This document shows, piece after piece, positions 1 through 11,570 of a stretch of 64,000 nt of DNA (position 1 is the first letter of the stretch; the number at the start of each line of letters is the position of its first letter). Made by a program: the position numbers and the translations under genes. The notes under the pieces are model-generated. The model was not told the DNA's origin. It made no database searches and saw nothing but the letters and a program-made list of their open reading frames with translations. Origin of the DNA: Blasia pusilla (taxonomy: Eukaryota); the NCBI GenBank assembly GCA_050084515.1, contig CM114271.1, positions 30,566,001 through 30,630,000 of the forward strand. The letters run 5' to 3'.

Positions 1-991
1 GATGGGGAATTCCCTTAAACAGACGCCTTCTGCCGCCGGAATTGGAACTTAGGATCCAAGTGGACTTAGGCTAAGTATGGCTCCAAATGACGTTCAGCGG
101 GCACGGCAGTTTGGGACACAATGAAAACTTAGGTTCCGACTCTACATTTATCTTAGAAGTAGGAATGTTAGAAGCAGGCCATACCAAACTACAGTTCCAA
201 TCGAGGATGGGGAATTCCCTTTAAGAGATGCCTTCTACGGCTGGAATTGGAACTTAGGATCCAAGTGGACTTAGGCTAAGTATGGCTCCAAATGACGTTT
301 AGCGGGCGCGGAAATTTGGGACACAATCAAAACTTAGGTTCTGATTCTACATTTATCTCAGAAGTAGGAATGGTAGGAGCGGACCATTTAGAACTACAAT
401 TCCAATCGAGGATGGGGAATTCCCTTTAACAGACACCTTTTGCGCAAGGTTGCATGTGGAAAACGTCCGTGTCCGTGGACTTATGTCCATCCTATAGAAG
501 GACTTGTCCGTATGGGCCCCATATTTTCCTTCTTTCTCATTCCCTTTACTTGCCTTCATGTTCTATACTCCTCCATTTCGTCCTCCCTCCACCTCCACTC
601 CCTCCTCCCTCATTGCTCCTCTCATCCTTGCCTTGCCTTCCATCAAGGACTAAAAGTATGGGTCCCACCTCTTGGAACCCATGTCCGTGGATATGTCTAG
701 ACTTATCTGTCCATGTCCGTCCTAAGGACTTTTCCGTTTTTATGCAACCATGCTTCTACGGCCGGAATTGGATCTTAGGATCCTATTGGAATTAGACTAA
801 GTATGGCCCCAAATGACGTTCAGCGGGCGCAACACTTTGAGAAATAATCAGAACTTAGGTTCTGATTCTATATTTGTTTCAGACGTACGAATGTTTGAAT
901 TTGACCAGACGTCATTTGGAGCCATACTTAGTCTAAGTCCAATTGGATCCTAAGATCCAATTCCGGCCGCAGAAGGCGTCGGTTAAAGGGA
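1..991. repeat. 205-bp tandem (satellite-like) repeat array, interrupted by a MITE and ending in an inverted partial unit
   Basis: GATGGGGAATTCCCTT recurs at 1, 206 and 411 (period 205). The array resumes after 752, and 909-991 is the reverse complement of the unit. The array runs off the left window edge. Confidence 0.9.
445..752. mobile_element. hAT-like MITE (copy 1)
   Basis: Ends are CAAGGTTGCAT...ATGCAACCATG (imperfect TIR). Flanks CTTTTGCG/CTTCTACG fit a degenerate 8-bp TSD. Subterminal GTCCGT/GTCCAT/GGAC motifs are shared with the element at 3822-4230. Confidence 0.75.
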
Positions 992-1116
992 TCAGAAAAA
1001 TCCTCATTAAATCAATTTGGAGAGCTTGCTTTAGGGTCTAGTAAATAGCTTGGAACTTATCCTAATTATTCTTTTGATACTCCTCGTCCAAACTGCATAG
1101 GTCCACATCCCAATCC

Positions 1117-1820
1117 TTAGCCTTTGCAATGATGTTGCTTTAGTTCGTGCAGGCCATACTTGTCAAGGAAAACATTGGCAAATTCTTGCTCGATCACCAC
1201 CAAACACTCTTCTAGTGGTTGTTGGAGATCCTTCCCTTTGATGGAATAGTCAAATACGTTATCCACCATAGCAGACGCCTTGGAGTCGAAGAAGATTTGG
1301 TATGCCTTCTTACATTCCCGGTCTAGACGGGAACCAAGGGTATCTACAATGGTGATCGACTTGGCTGCAACCCTTAGCACAAAGTGATGCTCACGCAAGG
1401 TGACAATAACACTTTGTCAGTTCGCTCGTACGCACCATTTCATTCCACATAGTGTCCATGCTCTCATCTGGCATGGCACTACAAGGGAAAACTTCATAAA
1501 TATAAGGGAGGGAGACATAGCCCACAAAACTCATATTGGTGTTGATATAGACACCGAATTACGGTCCATCCTTCTGACTCCACCATGCTACAAACTCCAG
1601 ATCTAAGAAGCCACTTTTATCAAAGACAACCTTGAAACCAGACTGATTCTTCCACTTTGCGTACAAGCGAGCCCCCAACTTCACGATGTTGTCGAGAACT
1701 CCAGCCGGGAGTTGTTTCTCCGTCGGATACTCCAAACACCACATGGCAATAAGGAAAGCATTGATATTGTATGTTGGCCTCAGAGCTTCCACTGAATTCT
1801 GATCCACGCTGCCAAAGATG
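1117..1820 (-). pseudogene. Disrupted, apparently intronless fragment resembling the C-terminal domain of plant NT-type C2 domain proteins (AT3G11760/F26K24.5-like family)
   Basis: Two ORF pieces read FGSVDQNS...AFLIAMW...LDNIVKLG...FLDLEFV and HHFVLRV...IVDTLGSRL..EC.KAY...FD. From memory, these resemble the family blocks FASIDQRS...HFDLETV and DHFFVL...IIDTLGERL.EGC.QAY..KFD. Stops or frameshifts separate the pieces. Confidence 0.5.
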
Positions 1821-3821
1821 ACTTATGAGGTGATCTCCACTCTAGGACATTCCTTGCATACTTTCCGAGTCAGTTGTCCACATACATTCTAGAATAAGAT
1901 CGAGGCCTTTAGCTTTTCCTGGGTTGCATGGAGAAGAAGTTTATCATTACCGCCAATAGATTTTTGCTTTGTAAAACCGATGCGCCTATTACTAATAAAA
2001 TGACTAACACTCATCCCATCCAGGAAACTCGCTTTCATTATCAGAAGGTAAGAGAGAATAGTAACGGCCTCGCAATGACTTTTTTTCTCTCAAGGGCCTA
2101 GAAGTATATTAAATTTTGGAAGGGCTATAACGTTGTTTGGATCATTCAAAAGGAGGGAATCGATCCAAATGTCCACCAGGACTGTATTCTTTGGGCAAGA
2201 GAAGTTTCTAAACTCTCTAACAGCGTAAGAGAACCATGCATCTTTCACAGACTTTGAGAGATCTTTTGTCCCCTTTCAAACAAATCAGTCCCGCACAGAC
2301 CAAAAAAAATTGGCCTTCTTGACGCAGGATTTAGACAAATAGCAGGAATCTGCTAGCCTCTCAAGAATTGAAGTGCATCTTCCCTATTCATCATGGTCCA
2401 AAACCCATAATCATATTCTTTGTTTATCATGTCAGTTAGTATTCTGAGGTAGGGGGGACAAATACAACCCGTCCATCTCTCGACATGAAGGCATTGTTTC
2501 CCCTCAGAACGAGGGGATATGGTTTGCTAACCCTGTCCATAATTCAAAAATTAACTTTTTCAATTTTGAGGATAAAAAGAGGCCTAAGGGATTTCACCTA
2601 TCCACCAACCAAGGCAAGATATTAGCCTCTCCAAGAGGGAATTAGAACTATAGTTCCATCAGGAAATATTCATTCATTGAACTATCACAGTGCCAATGCT
2701 CACCTTTCTGTCTGAAGGTCGTGTCCAATATTTTGACTTGCAGCGGCTCCTTTGGTTTATAGTAGCATCGGCACTCATCAAGCTGCGAAAAATATTTCAC
2801 TATTAGGAACAATCCCAAATTTACAGTTGTAAGATTGGTCAAGACTGGTTCACAATGGGTAGAAATTCACATTATCTTCCTACAGTAAGAGGGCAAATCG
2901 CAAGGTCGGATGATTCCTCTCTTGTAAGTGCTCCAAAATTCCAACCTCCATTCTGGCCAGACTATTGTCATTCTTACATGTCCACATGCCCAAAGCAAAG
3001 TAGTCACGGGCTGCGAGGAGAAAATCTCCACACCCTGGTCTGATGCTAATACTTTTCAAGTTTCCAATGTTCTAATAAGCATGGCAGAAAAGCATGATCT
3101 CGTGCGGTTCAAAAAGCAGCATGATTTTACTAGATTTAGGTCGAGTCTACATCAAACATTTCTTTCATCAGAATCCAATGATACAGAAATTCAAAGGCGA
3201 TGCAAGATTGTGGAAGAAAATGAAACACAACATAGCGTAGGGTGGACGAGGCTCGATATGCCAATGTAGATTGAGGAGTGGAGTTTTAGGCCGGGTGTGC
3301 CATTTTTACTACTCTTTATTTTTGTTGTGTGATCTCCATGTATATGTATGAGTTGATTTCTGTACATGTGTGGATCTACCCATGTGTGGGGAAGATCTCC
3401 GTTGTGTGGTGTAGATGTGACCAACAATGTATGTTGTGTAGCGATATGTATGCGCACGACATACGTCAACATCGTGAGGAGTTCGAGAGGAGACTACTAT
3501 GGTGGCTTAGATGGAGCCAAAGTCAAGCACTTTATTGGAGATGGCCACTAAGATGAGCCAAACTCCATTTTTTTCTTCCATGAATTTGGGAGCAATGGGA
3601 GTTAGACTAGCGGAGGTGTTTTTGTTCCCTGCCACACTATACAAGCATGAAGAGGTTACTGCTTCTCATTAAGAGGTATTTGTGAAGGAGGTGGTGGAAC
3701 TAGGTGGGCCTGCCCTTAGAGTGTGTGCTCAGGATGTTCCCCATTGAGTCATGACAAGTTGTGATGGCCAAGTTGGCAATGCAAATATGCTAGCTAGACG
3801 AGTGATAGGTCGATCCATAGT

Positions 3822-4230
3822 CAAGGTTGCATGCAAACAGACAAGTCCGTCCATGGGACAAACATGCTCGGCTCATATCCAAGCATGCACGCAAGCCCGC
3901 CACGTAGACCCAGGCTGAGAAAGCCCACACCTATTGCGTGTCCCGCAACCAAGCCCCCAAGGTGGGCTTGGTCCGAATTGGGCGTGCTCAAGCCCTATGC
4001 GGGCTTCTAGCCCGCCGTGCGGGCCTGAGCTCGCCCAATGGGGGCCAAGCCCACCTTGCAGGCCTGGTTGCGGGCCACTCAAAGGGTGCGAGTTCCGTCA
4101 ATCTGGGTCTACGCAGTAGGCTCCGAGCGGACTCGGGTACGGGATGTAGATATTCGGGCCCGCACGGATATATCCATCCTATAGACGGACATAAGTCCAT
4201 GGACATGGACTTTGTCCATGTGCAACCTTG
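3822..4230. mobile_element. hAT-like MITE (copy 2) nested in retrotransposon copy X
   Basis: 10-bp perfect TIR CAAGGTTGCA...TGCAACCTTG; 8-bp TSD TCCATAGT/GCCATAGT (one mismatch); no credible coding capacity. Confidence 0.85.
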
Positions 4231-5679
4231 GCCATAGTGACACTAAGTATGGTGTTGTATAATTGGAGCCAAATGTTTAGCTTGATTGGTCCCACAAGTA
4301 TGATGTATCACCTATAGCACATCCTACTTGACTGAAGAGCACAACCCATGATTTTAGGGAAGGAAATCTGTTTGGCATTGGTATTATGGAAAGGTGATAT
4401 TAATCCTCGTCCCTTTTAGATATAGACCACTATTGGGTGTGTGTCACCTACGTAGTACTGGGTGAACTTGAGCTTGTTGTTAGATTCTAGCAAGAGCATG
4501 CTTAAGATGGTGCACAGTCCTGTAATTTTTTTCACTTATAGAGTCATATAATGTGTTGGTAGGGAGTACAATGTTGTACTCCCCTTCGTATTATCCTAGA
4601 TTTTTGGGAGGAGATGGTTGCTTCTTCGCCAGGATGGCAATTAAGTGATGGATGGGTGAGCCATTTACTTGTGTAGTTTGCAAGGTGTAGTGGTGGTCCA
4701 TGATGTGATCCCATAACCACGTTGGCAACATTCACAGATAATAAGTAGCTGGCGAGGGAGTTGCTAGAGGGAAGCACCCATACAAAGGATATCTCGATAG
4801 CGGAGAGTCCCATGGAGAGACATATTAGGGTGGGTGTATTTTCCCAATGTGTTGAGACCTCTTCACCATTGTGGGATACATGTGAGGACTTGCAGAGGAT
4901 TGTACACGAGCTCGTGAGGAAGGCATGGAGCCATGTCTTTATCCGAAGGAGACAACATTCGGTGACGATTATGCTCTTGGAGTGGAGTCTTAATATCCTT
5001 GGATATCACACATGATGTGAGGCAGCATCCAGAAGATTATGTAAGAGTGTTACATCTCTTCACAGAGATCAACAAGAGAGCTATAGTGTTATAGGCCGAT
5101 ACATCGACATCTCTAAGTTGAGATAGATAAAGAACGAGCATATGTTGGGAGATGTCGTAGGTATGAAAACACCAAAGGTGCTAGATGTGTATAGGATCAT
5201 AGTCAATCATATTCAATAGATGTAATGTGTGCTATATGGCATTAGGGGACTCCAACTTCTAGTTAGGGGGGTAGTTGATTGGTCGTGGTGTATATGGGTG
5301 AGTTTATTTTGTTTGTGTGCTGATCTACCCATGTGTTGGAAAGATTGGTGATGTATGTTATGTAGATGAGACCAGCGATGTGGATTGTGTAGCGATGTAT
5401 GTGCACATAGCATTTGTCACATCTTAGTTAGCCTACAAGTAGAGTTCTATTGTGTTGATGGTGTAGAGGGTTACTGGGTTGTTCGGGCGTAACCTGATCT
5501 TAAGATGTTGGACAAAGTTGGCAACATGTTTGTTGCATCAGGTTTGTTGTTTGTTCCAATCCCTCTCTTTACTTATATTTAGTCAATTGATCCATTGACT
5601 GAGTCAACGATCATCCGATAGCCTATGCATGCATGTTACTGTTTGGGGGCTATTTTTGGGGGATGAACTTTTTATTTTT

Positions 5680-5681
<2 letters not shown>

Positions 5682-5736
<55 letters not shown>

Positions 5737-5738
5737 GA
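5682..5738. repeat. (GA)n microsatellite inside a retrotransposon terminal repeat
   Basis: Direct reading. Confidence 0.95.
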
Positions 5739-8700
5739 GGGATGGGTTTCTCAAGCCATCATGTTGAGCCGTTGGAGTATCTCTCTTGCTAGATCTCGGT
5801 AGGAGCTTGAGTGTTAAAGTCTAGATTCCCTCATGGCGGAGGTTGGATATGACTTGATATGTTGATGTAGATTTGAGAGTGGAGTTGGTTGTGTGAGCAA
5901 TTTTTTCTTCAATTTTGTTACGTAATCTTGGTGTATATGCGCGAGTACATTTTGTTTCTGTGTGGATCTACTCGTATTTTGGTAGGGTTCATGATGCATG
6001 TGTGTTATAAATATGCGACCAGTGATATGGATTATGTAGGGATGTATATGCGTACGACATATTGAATTTCCTCCAACTCTACTTCATAGCCACAAATGTA
6101 TATATATATATTTTATAGTACATGACCTGATTGAATTATGGTACAAGTCCCTCATGGTTCAATTGCAAGCTTCATTTTCAAATTGGAAAATGGTTCTATT
6201 TAATTTATAGTGTGAATGTGTGAGTTGACTCAAAATCCGTACTTGTGTTTGCAACATATTTAACCGTTCCATGATTCTTCTTTTAAAGTGTAATCATTGG
6301 GTTATCTAATCTTATCTTATCTCTCTTGTATGTCCTTGTTTTCAATTAACCATGCTTGCTATACGTGATGTTCAAAGTCCTCAGGTTTATTCTTAGTCTC
6401 GTCCATTCATTTCCTCTAATCTTTAAGTTGTTTGCAATCTTAGGATCTAGTGCACATTATATGTTATGATGTCATTGGGTATCCAGCTATTCAATTCGGA
6501 TCCTAAATATATATGTTATGTTGATTGGAATCACAATCTCTTAAGCAGAAGTCTATCGAATCATAGTTTCTATTACATCAAAAAAATTCCCGGCTCTTTT
6601 CTTTTGACCTCCAAATTATCTTTTGTTATTCCCTCGAGAATTTTGAAACTAAACTTTGTTCGAAGAACATTGTCTCAAGAACGTTTCCCTAAGTTGAGAA
6701 TTCAATTTAAACACAAATACTATAAACTAAAAAAAGAAATGTGGACGATGTAATATAAGGATCAGTTTACTTTTGACGGGAAGAATTCACATCAACCTAG
6801 AACACTTAAGTTAAGTTTGTCTTAAATCTCATCACGACCCCAAATCTCCCTTTGTGTCTAACTACTCAGAAAAGAATTAAAAAAGTGCTCAATCCACTTC
6901 AGCGTATGTAAAGGGGATTTAGCATGTGGACGAGTTGGGATGACCGACGCGGCCCTTTAGGCAGTCCTATAATTACTCTAGTGGGCAAGTTGACGACCAT
7001 AATATCTCGATCTCGATACACAAGCGAAACTGTGATCGAGACTTGCCTATGATAGCCACAACGTCACCGCTTCCCTCACGGTACTACTTCGCAATCGGTC
7101 ACCGTTCGCGAGGTCAGAAATAACGCGAGTCGGATAAGTGCAGTCGAGTCCCGGCGTCGAATATGCGGCGGGAAGTTTTGCTCCACATCCGTCGAGCGAC
7201 GTTCAACAAGGGGTGATAGCGACGAGTTTGCGCTAAAGCGCGTGACCTTTTCGCCAATGCGTTTTCGGTCACTCTCAGAAACGCTGGCCAGGATCATGTA
7301 ATCGACTGATATTCTGGAGGATGGCAGACTAATTAATTTATTGATTCCAACGGATCGCGAATTAGTCAATGAGATATCGGTTTGATGACTGAAACCTATA
7401 ATTGCGTCTGAAATCTTCTACTATTCGAGTTCCATGAGAGTGGGGCAAGAATCCAAAGAAGTTTGCTTTCCCTAGTACAAGGCGCCGAAAATCCCAGACG
7501 TAAAGGTGCGAAGTTACTAGACCTTTCCGTCGTGAGTTATCCTGATCGGGGATTCTAACCGAAACGGGAAACGCACTCATTTACATAGACAGTGTCTCCG
7601 ATTCAGGATTAAGGCGAGCGTTGGTACGGTGCAGCGAGTCACCTGGCCACGGAGAATGCACTTTCCATCTGTCAACGTTCTCAGGAGGTGCATGCTTTAA
7701 GCACTTAAGACCACACCGTAGTCCCCCCTCCCAGACGGGAAAGTGTGGCAATAGAAGCGACAGAACTCGGCCGAGAAACCTAGATTGATCAACACACGCC
7801 TGCTTCGAAAAGTTGATTAAATGCATGAATTTGCGGAGATGTCTAGAACTCTCCATCAGAGATCCTTGGAATCAACAACTTGAACGCCGAAAATAAACAA
7901 TAGCCTCTAGTCCAGGATGGGGAAGACATCGATTACTTGAAGAGCAAGAAGGCCGATTGATTCCTTGGCGACTCAAGTAGTCTCGATTGCAACATTGCGT
8001 GACGACAGCCCGGCTGGGATGAGTGAAGGTAGGAACCCGCGCAAGTTGAAGTTAAAGCTACCATCTTGTCGCTTCAATCATCGGCAGCGCATCCAGGCAC
8101 GTCTACTCCAATCATTTCCAGGTTATCGAAGCTCTTCACGTGTGAAGAATGTACAGCGGCTCTGCACTCAGCAGTTACTCCCGTAGGACAGACGCCGATC
8201 GTTGGGGACCCTACCCTGAACAGATTCTGCTCATGACAAGGCAGTGCTCGGGCCCCATTGCGTTCCACCAACCTCTCAAGGCGAGAGTGGTCGATTTTAA
8301 ACTTGCGCGAATTCCGCTTGTAAGCTGGAATTTAACGAAAGGTAGCCAGTAGTCACCCGAATGAGGTGGGCTGGATTTCCATTTGTCAAAGCGCTCTACT
8401 GTAAATTGAGAGTTCACTTCAGGTGCTCACATTTATTTATTTATTTATTTATATTCATATACACTAGCATTTTAAATGTCCGAATCTTCAAAATCACAAT
8501 GTTCAATCTCCAGAAAAAGTTGAAGTCTGAGTTTAAATGGAATCAAGAGGCTTTTTTCCGTGTCCTATCCTCCAGAGGTAACCTATCAGACTTATCCATC
8601 CTACTTTGAGTGCCTAGAACCAACGGGCCTGGCTTCCAGAAGCCGAACTGTTTGATGATAAGGTGAGGAGGGTCTTAGCATGTTTTGGCCAGGTGGTTTT

Positions 8701-11415
8701 TCAAAGCTGACTAACTGGTATATAACACCGACCTGTACACCAGTTATGAGTGAACTCAATCCTGGTACTTCATGGAGTGATTTATCATTCTCCTGTGTTT
8801 GTCCTGCACATTGAGCACTCCTGTAGGCCTCACAAAGAATAATGTACACATTAAAAAAAAATGTTTGGTGAAGCCGGGATATAAATTGCCATCGATGATC
8901 CCGTGGATCCAATTTCCGAAGGATTCACCGTGAGCCGCCTATCCAATTCTCCTCCGATTGATATAGTGGCATATAATCCTTTCCTTGAAGGAAAAATCAA
9001 CAATCGAATCTAGCCAAGGAACTCGAAATTGCGAAGAAAAGGCCAAAAGATTAGATTTTAGGCAAAGGAGTCGAAGTGGAAGATATCCACGGGCACTTAA
9101 GCCGATTCCAATAAAGAAATTCCGTGTGCAACAGCATAGATATATCCAGATACAATTACCGACAGTCAATTTGCAATGTCATGTGTGACTCACTTTATCT
9201 GAAACTCGACTGCGCCTGTTGCTCCAACTACGAGACAAAGTCTTACGCGATTAATCTTTCGAGTACTTTTGGAAACATGATACACAGCACACTAGCCCGT
9301 ATCCTAGAGTTGGCGGCCCCTCGAACTTGAGACGTACGTGGATCAGATTTCTCATGAAATTCCGGATCGTGGCGCATCAGTTGGGATCTGTCTTGAAGTC
9401 CTTCACTTATTATAAGACTTTACGGACGCTAGACCAAATACAAATTATGTGGTGAATGGAAGACATCTCTCTGGGCCTGACGCCAGTGAGTTAGCGACGA
9501 GATCTATGTGTAAAGGATGCCGTGTAATTCGTTTGCACCATGACCAAGAAAATATCCGTGCTAGTAGCATTGTAAATTGACTTTTGTTCGCAATTTCCAG
9601 TACTTTTCGCACCACAGGGAGAATCATTCGATCAAATGGTACACCTTGTACAATGAGACTGTCTAAATACACGGGGCCACAAGAAAGTTTGAGTGCCTCC
9701 CTCAATCATCCACTTCAAAAGTTGTTGGATTCAATCAAATTTCTTTCGCAATTGGATTTGGTTAGGTCACACACATGTCTGCCCGTTCTGTGACGCATGC
9801 ATATGTCTAAGTTTGTGCTTGCGCCTTCAAGACTAATTGTCTTGCGTGACCACCTCCGGGATTCCTCGCACAACTGGACATGGATGCTGCCACTCCTCTC
9901 TTCACATCTTCTAAGCAGCGGCGACATTACTTCAAGGGATTACTTCTAAAATTTCTAGCCCGCAAACTCATCTGTTCGGGCGTCTTTGCGAGTCGACGAC
10001 ACTGCGATTGTGTCGTACCGGGTAATTTCTAAGTTAAGAGAGATAAGAAACCTCCGGTCAACCATTGGTCCAGGAAGCAAATGGAAGAAAGACGATTTTA
10101 ATCGTGGCTGCTAAAATCTTTTTGTTCCCATTAGAACTCCCATAAACTCATATCAAGTATTAACAAGTGGACTGAATGATTGAAGAAGGTAGAAAAATGA
10201 AATAAAATAAATTCTGATCCAAATGGCATGGAATAGGGACCTCGTACGCAGAACACTCATAAGCTAGATATGGTTGAAAGAATGATCATATTCTATCCAG
10301 CCGTAATTTCGACGGGGAATCTGATCCCCCTATTACCATCCCCACCTCACTTGTTAAACAAAATCTCTGTACGGAATGAGCATCCGCTTTCCGACGCTTC
10401 CCTAATCACTGCGCCAAAGGTTTTGAGCGATAGCAGAGAGATCCAAAGATTTCATATGAATATGAAATCTTTGGATCTCTCTGCTATCGCTCAAAATACG
10501 ATAAGATTCCGGACTCCTCGGTGTACAGTTTGATGATTCGGTACTAGCTAAACGTCAATGACAACGGAAGCTGACGTACCACTACTCACCCCTTCTACAT
10601 GCAGATTGATTCCACGCTAAATAAATCATCGGCTCAAACGATTGTGTCACCGCGCTGACTTTGGACGATCTGTTTCATTCCAATTGCTCACGGGTGCACC
10701 TGCGGTCCTGTACATTAACGTTAGCTTGCCAGTCAAGTTGGCATTGACCTATCTCATGCTTCGATTGCTTTCAAATACTCCACGATCGATCTCGACAGTC
10801 GTCGTCCGCGTCCGACTTCTTCGGAGTTGCGTCCACTTGCCATTGCCTACATATATTGTAATCTAGTTGGATGCACAACAATCGGTATCGTATCATTGGG
10901 AGGGAAGCAAGCAAATATTGACTTTCATGCAGATGAAGTCCTTTGAACCTCCCTTACAAAAAATCCTAAACGCGCACTCGACACCGCCCTATCGATTACA
11001 GCTCCGCCCCTACGTTTTGTGTGGGACACAAAGGTGGATTGTCGCGATGCCGTCGCGAAATGGGACGATTGAGGAAATTATTATTATTATTAATTTATCT
11101 ATTTAGATTTAAATTCGTCAAAATTTTCTAAATCATGTGAATATTTAAAAATTTCAAATGATTAAATATTTCAATCCGGGATTGAAGAGAAGGGGAAATA
11201 ATTATTAAGTCTGGAAGACATTTTCCAATAATAATATACATAGATTATTTCAATTATCATTGTCTCAAAATTAGTTAGAATAATGTTTTTTTCTAAGACC
11301 CTCATAAATTCTTATTTAAAAAAATTTTATTCCTAAAATACATTCATATATTTATGTAATTAAATTAAAATTTAAGAGTTGTACCATAATTGAAAACTAG
11401 TGAGGTGCTTGTGCG

Positions 11416-11570
11416 ATGCACAGGTACAATGCGGTCGTTAACAGTCCAATTTTCAAATTTTAAAATCTTAATCATTGTACATAAAGGACAGCATGCACAG
11501 GTACAATGCGGTCGTTAATAGTCCAATTTTCAAATTTTAAAATCTTAATCATTGTACATAAAGGACAGCA
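11416..11570. repeat. 77-bp tandem duplication (2 copies)
   Basis: ATGCACAGGTACAATGCGGTCGTTAA starts at 11416 and 11493; the copies are near-identical. Confidence 0.9.

Larger units (their letters stand above)
3233..6059 (+). mobile_element. Degenerate internally deleted Ty3/Gypsy relative (copy X) of the methyltransferase-bearing family
   Basis: 3463-5090 is homologous to the gag C-terminus, protease and methyltransferase start of the 41203-50465 element. The 3' terminal repeat runs from TGTCACATCTTAG (5415) to GCGTACGACA (6059). A terminal-repeat fragment also lies at 3233-3462. Confidence 0.75.

Noticed and set aside
1-900. Regularly spaced repeats as a CRISPR array
   Set aside because: The whole 205-bp unit is repeated with no unique spacers, there are no cas genes, and the context is eukaryotic.
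1900-3200. Possible LINE reverse-transcriptase remnant on the minus strand
   Set aside because: Too degenerate; no diagnostic motif could be read with confidence.
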